A stretch of DNA of 64,000 bases, from assembly GCA_003162415.1 (NCBI GenBank), contig PMOL01000012.1, positions 16,728 through 80,727 on the forward strand, in the 5' to 3' direction. The DNA comes from Candidatus Dormiibacterota bacterium. GTDB taxonomy: Bacteria > Chloroflexota > Dormibacteria > Aeolococcales > Aeolococcaceae. Position numbers and translations under genes: made by a program. The notes under the pieces are model-generated. The model worked only from the letters and a program-made list of their open reading frames with translations. It searched no databases and was not told the origin of the DNA. Positions 58,132 to 64,000 of the stretch are shown piece after piece; position 1 is the first letter of the stretch, and every line of letters starts with the position of its first letter.

Positions 58132-58629
58132 AAGCTAGCGAGGAGGTGGCTCACCAAATGGGATCCGCTGTGGGTCGGGCACGGGTGCTCTCGGTTCCGG
58201 GGTCGGGTGCCGAGGTTCGTCCCGGTGGCCGGGCTCGGGATGCGGCTCCCTGGTGGGTTGCCGTGGCTGCTGTGGCTCCCGAGGATCACGCTGCCGGGCT
58301 ATCACGCTCCGTAGGTTACGCTGCCCGTCAGGATTTCCGCGACAGTGCCAAGACAACTCTGATCTTGACCACTTAGTTAACCGCTTTTCGGGGTGATACA
58401 CAGGGGTAACGCGAGCGGTTTAGGCACCAGTCGCTCGCTCCGACGCCCTAGCTCACCTAGGTGGTGTTATCGCCCCGCTCGCCGACCATCCGTCCTGATC
58501 TTCGCGTAGAACTACACGCATCCCAAGTGGCTCGATGCGCACGAGTCCAGCGACACCCGCTGCGCTCGGCCGGGAAGCAGATCCTCGTCCTGCTAGCGTC
58601 CCCTTTCTTGACGCCGACCCGCCACGTGT

Positions 58630-58648
58630 AGGTGTCAGCGAAGGTGTC
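58630..58648 (-). repeat. Inverted copy of the tRNA-Phe-proximal tandem motif
   Basis: AGGTGTCAGCGAAGGTGTC is the exact reverse complement of 48567-48585 (19/19). Confidence 0.55.
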
Positions 58649-58855
58649 TTCTGGCGAGCCGATGCGGCAGCAAGTGCGTTTCGCGAGTACAGGCGGAGTT
58701 CACGCGCAGCCGACGGACCAGGTTTGGTGCACCTGAGTTGGGCGTTGCGTCCATCCCTGGCCGGCGCCTCTGTGGAGGGTGCCGGCAGAGCAGCACCAGG
58801 TTCCTCGTCAAGCGCTAATACGTCCCCTTGATCCATCTAGCCGTTGTCGATTCCG

Positions 58856-58937
58856 GCCGGGTTGCGGCGTGAAGGGCTCGGCGGTCTCAAAAACCGCCGA
58901 GGACAACCTCGTGAGGGTTCGACTCCCTCTCCCGGCA
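58856..58937 (+). tRNA. tRNA-Leu(CAA)-like element, degenerate D arm (possible pseudo-tRNA)
   Basis: Acceptor GCCGGG(T)/(T)CCCGGC, anticodon arm GCGGT-CTCAAAA-ACCGC, long variable arm CGAGG-ACAA-CCTCG, T arm GAGGG-TTCGACT-CCCTC, discriminator A, no CCA. The D stem has a C:C mismatch and a short loop. Confidence 0.4.
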
Positions 58938-59465
58938 CGTTGTTACATAAAGGATTTCGGCTTGACGAGGCCCCTCTCCTGACCACCCGTCGGGCCAGTT
59001 TATAGCCACGCGTGTAGCCACTGGGCGCAACGAACGGGCAGGACGACTGCTGCGATCCGGTCCCACAAGGATGGATGCCGTGGGGGCGCTCGATAGAGGC
59101 GCATCGGGCAGAAGGATAGATGGCGACATCGGGCCTCGGGTTCAAGTGAAGGGTCCGCGACGCGCACCCGGAGCGAGCCCCCATCTAGGGAAGCAACCCT
59201 CGAATGGGAATGAGCTTCAGGGGTTTCGCGGCCACCCATACCCGGTCGCTATCACGCCCGCCTGCCGACCCCTAGAAGTGCATGACACGTCTGAGCACAT
59301 CGCTCGCCAGTTCGAGCAGCCGCGCACGGATCGACAAGCGGCGGACGTCAGGGACCATGTCGGGTGCCAGCGTGACTGACGGGTAAGCCAACGCACCACC
59401 GTTGCCGCCCACGCTGGTAGACCCGCAGGTGCCTGGTGCTGCTACTGTCCCGAATCGTGCTGGGA

Positions 59466-59813
59466 ATGAGGAAGGCGTGGACGTGCGCCCTCGTCGCGGT
59501 AACTAGCTGCTGCCTAATGGCCGACAGCTGCAGTGGCTCGGACACGGTGATCGAACCGACGCCCATAGTCACGTCGCCTGCAGCGACGGCCCACCCGACT
59601 GCGCCCCTCGTACCAGCGCCCGCAACCAAGGCTCCTACCGCAGCGCCATTACCCGTAACCTCTGGGTTCAACCACGCAGCAGCAAGGGCAGCGGGCGCGA
59701 CGGCAATCTGCAAGGACGGTACCTGGAGTTACAGCGCCCACCGCTCAGGGACGTGCTCTGGTCACCACGGCGTCAGTTGGTGGACGGGAAACCTTGGGCC
59801 TGCTGGACCGTAG
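59466..59813 (+). CDS. Secreted DUF3761-domain protein
   Basis: Start at ATG 59466 (MRKAWTCALVAVTSCCLMA signal), P/A/T linker, C-terminal CKDGTWSYSAHRSGTCSGHHGVSWW. Confidence 0.7.
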   Translation: MRKAWTCALVAVTSCCLMADSCSGSDTVIEPTPIVTSPAATAHPTAPLVPAPATKAPTAAPLPVTSGFNHAAARAAGATAICKDGTWSYSAHRSGTCSGHHGVSWWTGNLGPAGP

Positions 59814-60033
59814 AGGTGGCACATCATGCCGCCATCCTGGCCCTCTCACGCGGGAGAGCTTCACCGGCACGAGTGTTGATGACGTGCCCGGCGTCGCGGT
59901 GGAGGCGTACGTCGTCGAGGAGCGAATGGACGAGCCCGACCCGCCTCGTGAGTCCTCGTTCCCCGTCACGCGCCTGGGCAAGCTCCCGCCGGGATTCGGC
60001 GCCCGCCGCTTGGAGCAGCCCGGGGGTAGTGGG

Positions 60034-60354
60034 TCAGTTTGAAATCGAACGTCGCCGCGCGCGAGAGTCGACCCACCAAGAAGCGCCGTAGCAGAGGAAC
60101 ATCGAGACCAGGCCTACCGACCCGATGTCGTTGCCCACAACGCTGGCCGAGTTGGTCGCTAGCAGACTGAACTCGGTTATCACTCCGGCGCTCCCGACGA
60201 TCTGGGCTGCGCCAATCCACCTCTGGGCTGCCGGGGCCTTGGGAAGCCGTCGGCCCAGACGAGAGATAAGAGGTCGCGCGTTGATCAACATCCAGACACC
60301 GTTGAGCATGATCACAACGAGGACCAGGCCCCCGAGCAGGTAGGCGATGTCCAT
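60034..60354 (-). CDS. Small three-TM membrane protein, unknown function
   Basis: MDIAYLLGGLVLVVIMLNGVWMLI..., ...IGAAQIVGSAGVITEFSLLA..., ...VGLVSMFLCYGASWWV. Divergent from the kinase operon. Confidence 0.5.
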   Translation of the reverse strand: MDIAYLLGGLVLVVIMLNGVWMLINARPLISRLGRRLPKAPAAQRWIGAAQIVGSAGVITEFSLLATNSASVVGNDIGSVGLVSMFLCYGASWWVDSRARRRSISN

Positions 60355-60568
60355 ATCACTGAGCCTAGTCCATCTGGAATTGACTTATGGGAGGAGTGAG
60401 ACGATCTCCTTGATCCCCGCCCGGTAGTAGGCTCGCCTTCAACCCGAAACCCATTCCCTTCCTGAAGAGGCCCCTGGCGGCGTGCCGGGGGTCTCTCGCT
60501 TGCGCGGGGTCAGCACGAGGACCCGTTGACCTTGGGGGTGACCGAACTGCGTTACGCTGTCGCCGCCT

Positions 60569-61342
60569 GTGAGCATCACGCGCGATCAACTCGAGCGCCT
60601 CGATCGACGACACCCCGACCCGCCGGCGCTCGCAATTACCCATGCCGGGCCCCCGCTGGTTAACTCCTTAGCAAGTCCGCACAAGTTCGTCTGCAGCAAT
60701 TCGCGCACGTACTGGACCAAACGGAAAACACAACGCGCGTTGGGCGTTGAGCTGATCGCTGGCAGGCTGGCGCATCTGATGGAGGTCGGCCCCAACGCTC
60801 GGCCAGTCATGGTGCCGCAGGCGGCCCTCCCTTCCGATCACTCTGCAGACCACTGCGAGGGACTCTGCGTGGGCTTCGTGGCCGTGCCTGACACCGTGAA
60901 CACCAAGGACCTCCCGACATTCCTGGCTCAGGGTGGCGTCTTCAATCCCGATTCCCTCAACGCGGCTAGCAGGGCGCGGGTCATCGCCTTTCGCGCATGG
61001 ATCGGTGCCGGAGACGCCCAGGCGCTCATACAGTTCAAGACAGGGAAACTCTTGTCCATCGACCATGGTGATGCGCTGGACGTGGCAAGCAGTTCGGTCG
61101 ATGCGCAAGGTGTTAGCGTCTCCGGCGTTGCGGACGATGTTGGCAGAGACGCGAGGCTGGCACGGGTCACTGTTGAGCGCATTGAGAACGTGTCGGAGCA
61201 CGAACTCCTTACCGCTGTGGCTGACGTACCGGATGAGCCCGGCTGGAATTTGGATCTAGACGCCCGTCTCAAGATCGCCGAGTGGCTCGCCAACAGGCGC
61301 GGTAAGATACGTGAGGTGATGTCAAAGTGGTCAATCAAGTAA
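60569..61342 (+). CDS. HipA-family-like (PI3/4-kinase fold) protein kinase
   Basis: ...SRTYWTKRKTQRALGVELIAGRLAHLMEVGPNARPV (nucleotide-binding Lys strand plus helix), ...FRAWIGAGDAQALIQFKTGKLLSIDHGDAL (catalytic-loop Asp; IDHG as DFG equivalent). Recognised by eye only. Confidence 0.6.
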   Translation: MSITRDQLERLDRRHPDPPALAITHAGPPLVNSLASPHKFVCSNSRTYWTKRKTQRALGVELIAGRLAHLMEVGPNARPVMVPQAALPSDHSADHCEGLCVGFVAVPDTVNTKDLPTFLAQGGVFNPDSLNAASRARVIAFRAWIGAGDAQALIQFKTGKLLSIDHGDALDVASSSVDAQGVSVSGVADDVGRDARLARVTVERIENVSEHELLTAVADVPDEPGWNLDLDARLKIAEWLANRRGKIREVMSKWSIK

Positions 61343-62121
61343 TTCAACCAGGCTACTTTTCGCTGCTTCGTTGGCGATCGGATGCGACCCGGGACGAGGC
61401 ACGGAATGTCGCGGTTATCCTCGTCGATGCTGAGGGGATGATTGGAGGGCTGCGGGCCACGGATTCTGTGGCGTCGATTAGTCCTCACCTTGCTGAGCAG
61501 GGACTTCTCGACACCCTTATCCATGGCCTCCAGGCGCGACTCGAAGGCCCGGAAAGACCGGATCTCGCCGAACTGCGACGCATGCACCTATCGCTCCAAG
61601 AGTCGCTGTACCTGACGGAACCCAAGCCGTGCGCTGTTGTCGATGTCGAGCAAACGCTAAACATCCTTTTCAAGGCTTATGTCAAGCGTCCGAGCTTTCC
61701 GAGCGGTCGCACCAAGGGCAAGTTGCTCGTGCAAATCGTCAAAAGGCTGCGTGCCGAGAAGCTCGACGTCCGCCGCGATGCATATGTGGATGACTATCAA
61801 TTTGACGCACTGGTTCGAAACGGAAAAGGTCCGGTCGCTCTGAATGTTCTGACCTTCGCTCAGGCCGCGCGAAAGGACTGGAGAGAGGCTGAGTACGATG
61901 CAAGCCACTTCATCTTCAGCGTCGAGCGAACAGGGCTTCCTGCCGTCGCTTTGTTGGAGGCACCCGGGGACGACTCGCCCGGCACGACACAGGTTCCCTA
62001 CGAGCGGGTAAACCGTTGGTACTCAGACGCCGGGGTGCCCGTCCTAGGACCGGAGGCGGTGATACTCGAGCCACGGCTGGTGATGGAGTCGGCCCACAGC
62101 GTAGCGCCGGCCGCCCGCTAA
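61327..62121 (+). CDS. DUF3037-like protein (N-terminal DUF3037 signature, uncharacterised C-terminal half)
   Basis: GTG start overlaps the kinase 3' end by 16 nt. GYFSLLRWRSDATRDEARNVAVILVDAEG matches the Y-x-R-x(6-8)-E-x-x-N-V-G-V-I-L pattern of DUF3037. Confidence 0.6.
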   Translation: MVNQVIQPGYFSLLRWRSDATRDEARNVAVILVDAEGMIGGLRATDSVASISPHLAEQGLLDTLIHGLQARLEGPERPDLAELRRMHLSLQESLYLTEPKPCAVVDVEQTLNILFKAYVKRPSFPSGRTKGKLLVQIVKRLRAEKLDVRRDAYVDDYQFDALVRNGKGPVALNVLTFAQAARKDWREAEYDASHFIFSVERTGLPAVALLEAPGDDSPGTTQVPYERVNRWYSDAGVPVLGPEAVILEPRLVMESAHSVAPAAR

Positions 62122-62158
62122 GGTCACCCAAATCGCGCTCGGTGTAGCCTCGTGGTCA

Positions 62159-62980
62159 GTGCCACACTCCCTCGTCTGTCGAATCTGTGGTGCGGCGCTG
62201 CCGGCGACACCAGACTATTTCTACGCCCGTGGTGACACTGGAAAGCTCCGCTCCGACTGCAAGCCGTGCTTTCGCGCAGCGAAGACAGCGCGCGACCTCA
62301 GTGACCCCGAGCACCGACGAGCAGCTGCCCGCAAGAGCTACCACAAGGCGGAGCCCGACGGACGGAAGAAGGGCGTGGCGGCCAAGATACGGGCGCGCGA
62401 AGCTAACCCGCCGCTATACGCGGCGATCGCCGAACGGTACGAGACCCGACACCTAGCCGAGCGGACTTCGCGCCGGAAGGAGTGGCTCTCGGCCCATCGC
62501 AAGGAGGAGAACGCCAAGTCACGGGCCTGGTACTACGCCAACCGCGAGCGCGCCATCGCAACGGCATGCGCCTGGCAAGAGGGGCACCGCGAGCAACACA
62601 AGGCGAATGTGGTGAACGTTCGTACTCGACGGAGGGGCGCACCTGGTGCTGGCTTCTCTGGCCGCGCCTTCGCGGCACTGGTGGAGACGTATGGTGGGCT
62701 ATGCGCTTATTGCAGCGACCCCCTCGGTGACGATTACGAGCCGGACCACGTTGTCGCCTTAGGGCGCGGGCGAGGTGGACACAACGTGATCGACAACATC
62801 GTGCCTGCGTGCAAGCCTTGTAACCGCGCGAAGTCTTCCAAAACGGTGGAGACGTGGCTCGAGATCCTCCTGCGAGAGGGACTCGGGGCGAACATCCACC
62901 CGCTCGCGCTACCGGTGCTGCAAGCAAACGCGCCGGCGGCTGTCTGGCTTCGAGTCCTTGCCGCACGGACGGTCCCATGA
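62159..62980 (+). CDS. HNH endonuclease with N-terminal zinc ribbon and basic helical region
   Basis: CRICGAAL...CKPC; C-terminal CAYCSDPL...EPDHVVALGRGRGGHNVIDNIVPACKPCNRAKS (HNH/His-Me finger). Confidence 0.85.
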   Translation: MPHSLVCRICGAALPATPDYFYARGDTGKLRSDCKPCFRAAKTARDLSDPEHRRAAARKSYHKAEPDGRKKGVAAKIRAREANPPLYAAIAERYETRHLAERTSRRKEWLSAHRKEENAKSRAWYYANRERAIATACAWQEGHREQHKANVVNVRTRRRGAPGAGFSGRAFAALVETYGGLCAYCSDPLGDDYEPDHVVALGRGRGGHNVIDNIVPACKPCNRAKSSKTVETWLEILLREGLGANIHPLALPVLQANAPAAVWLRVLAARTVP

Positions 62981-63219
62981 GCCGCTTAGTCCCCGCGGAC
63001 GAGCCCTGGGTCGCATTCCTCGGTTTTGGGCCGGAGATGCGCGCGCGACCAGATGATGGTCTCATCCACTATCGGGGCGCGGGTCGGTTTCTGGGGCCGC
63101 GAACCCTCTGTGGGAAGCTTGGCCGTCGGCGCTGGAAAGGTAGCGGGCGGCTCTGTCGTGAGTGCGATGCCCTGGCTGGACCTCCTGATCGCACTGTCCA
63201 GCGACCCGACTCAAACTGA
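62977..63219 (+). CDS. Small Cys-containing protein coupled to the HNH gene
   Basis: ATG 62977 overlaps the HNH stop (ATGA): MSRLVPADEPWVAFLGFGPEMRARPDDGLIHYRGAGRFLGPRTLCGK...CRECDAL. No family recognised. Confidence 0.4.
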   Translation: MSRLVPADEPWVAFLGFGPEMRARPDDGLIHYRGAGRFLGPRTLCGKLGRRRWKGSGRLCRECDALAGPPDRTVQRPDSN

Positions 63220-63809
63220 CGCACTACACGCAGACGAGGTATCTAGTCCTGCGCTGATGCCCTAGACGGCCGGCGCTCGTCGGACAGGGTGCTAAAGACC
63301 CACACCCGACTCCAAAGCCTGAGCATAGGGTCACTCCGGCGCGAGCGATCAGCCTTACGCGCCAGGGGGAGGGGCAATCGGTGGCGCGGGCGGCGATGGC
63401 GGTGGCGGCGGGTGGGGACTGCGGGTCACGGCGAGCACCACAATCACAAACACCGCGACGATGGCCAACGCCGCGATGAGCAGGAACAAAAGAGGGATCG
63501 GGGCGCTAACGATTTCCGTGATGCTCGATCCTACGCTGCCCTCGCACGGCTACGTCACACAAGGGCGGAGGGCCCGGGGGCTGCGCTACTGGGGGGCGGG
63601 GTCGGATGGCGAGTCGAGGCGACAGCGATGACGATAGCGACCTGGACCGGAATGCTTGGCGAGCGCGACGGCTGGCGCTGCCCGAAGTCGACCAGCACCT
63701 CGGTGGCTGATGATCTGGCGCCACTCCCAAAAGACACGCACAGGCCTCGCAGCCAGCCATCGTAGCGACGTGAAATGTCCCCTACTTGAGAGGTTTGGGA
63801 AAGGCCGAT

Positions 63810-63998
63810 CTATCCGCCCATGTCATGCGCCAACTGCGCGCAAGCCGTCGAGGGGATGGATGTATCGCTGTACAGCGCCACGTGATAGCTGACGCCCCCG
63901 TTAGATATGTCCGTCTGACAAATTAGGGGACCGAGATGGTGATCTCCGTCCACAATAGAAATGCTTCCCCCGTTGGCTATTGACGAGAATGAGTTGAC
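63810..63998 (-). CDS. 3' end of an unidentified reverse-strand ORF entering from beyond the window
   Basis: Open frame from the window edge to TAG (63810-63812): ...VNSFSSIANGGSISIVDGDHHLGPLICQTDISNGGVSYHVALYSDTSIPSTACAQLAHDMGG. Not in the ORF track because no start lies in the window. Confidence 0.25.
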   Translation of the reverse strand, partial: VNSFSSIANGGSISIVDGDHHLGPLICQTDISNGGVSYHVALYSDTSIPSTACAQLAHDMGG

Positions 63999-64000
63999 GA

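Larger units (their letters stand above)
48507..58648. mobile_element. Mosaic integrative genomic island at tRNA-Phe (right end provisional; accessory DNA continues to the window end)
   Basis: tRNA-Phe followed 176 bp later by an intact tyrosine integrase. Lower GC, a truncated second integrase, three tRNA-Thr-derived repeats, and a 19-bp inverted copy of the tRNA-proximal tandem motif at 58630-58648. Confidence 0.55.

Noticed and set aside
58423-58429. Search for an attR direct repeat of the tRNA-Phe 3' end downstream
   Set aside because: Only a 7-nt GGCACCA match (58423-58429) and a weak TCGATTC similarity near 58845 were found, which is too short to call. The true attR may be short, degraded or beyond the window.
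58856-58937. tmRNA or RNase P RNA in the 58.1-59.4 kb gene-poor tract
   Set aside because: The T-arm-like GAGGGTTCGACTCCCTC is explained by the tRNA-Leu-like fold. I saw no tmRNA-type 5' acceptor, tag reading frame or RNase P conserved regions.
63289-63765. 158-aa plus-strand ORF and overlapping reverse ORFs near the window end
   Set aside because: It is Arg/Trp/His-rich low complexity (RWRGRRWRWRR, HGEHHNHKHRDD) with no motifs, so probably non-coding. A short Pro-rich single-TM ORF on the reverse strand lacks a credible start.

Overview
High-GC (~65-70% by eye) bacterial chromosome segment, probably Actinomycetota or a related high-GC Terrabacteria lineage. All calls rest on reading the supplied translations and the DNA by eye; no searches were run. 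Bases 1-48,400 are conserved core. They hold the distal ribosomal-protein superoperon (L24 3' end, L5, S14-Z, S8, L6, L18, S5, L30, L15, secY, adk, map, L36, S13, S11, S4, rpoA, L17, truA, L13, S9). After that come two glycosyltransferases, an orphan DegS-like kinase, comF-like, secA, a membrane GGDEF-EAL protein and a TetR unit. Next are prfB with its programmed +1 frameshift, ftsEX and a lpd/E1alpha/E1beta/E2 2-oxoacid dehydrogenase operon. The core ends with an ArsR-SRPBCC pair, P5C dehydrogenase, lipA-lipB, rpiA, tRNA-Val, a MacAB-type efflux cluster with its own OmpR/HK pair, and dtd. From tRNA-Phe (48,431) to the window end the sequence is accessory, with visibly lower GC, gene fragments and repeats. 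This part holds an intact tyrosine integrase and two envelope-glycosylation cassettes (GT87/DUF2029-like, GT2, ArnT/PMT-like GT-C, hexapeptide acetyltransferase) separated by three tRNA-Thr(CGU)-derived repeats. It also holds a truncated second integrase, a 19-bp inverted copy of a tandem GACACCTTCG motif 10 kb from the tRNA-Phe side, and a degenerate tRNA-Leu-like element. At its far end is a compact operon of a HipA-family-like kinase, a DUF3037-like protein, an HNH nuclease and a small Cys protein. That kinase/DUF3037 operon is my best candidate for an uncharacterised conflict (toxin/defence) system. Many long antisense ORFs in the track are GC artefacts and are not called.
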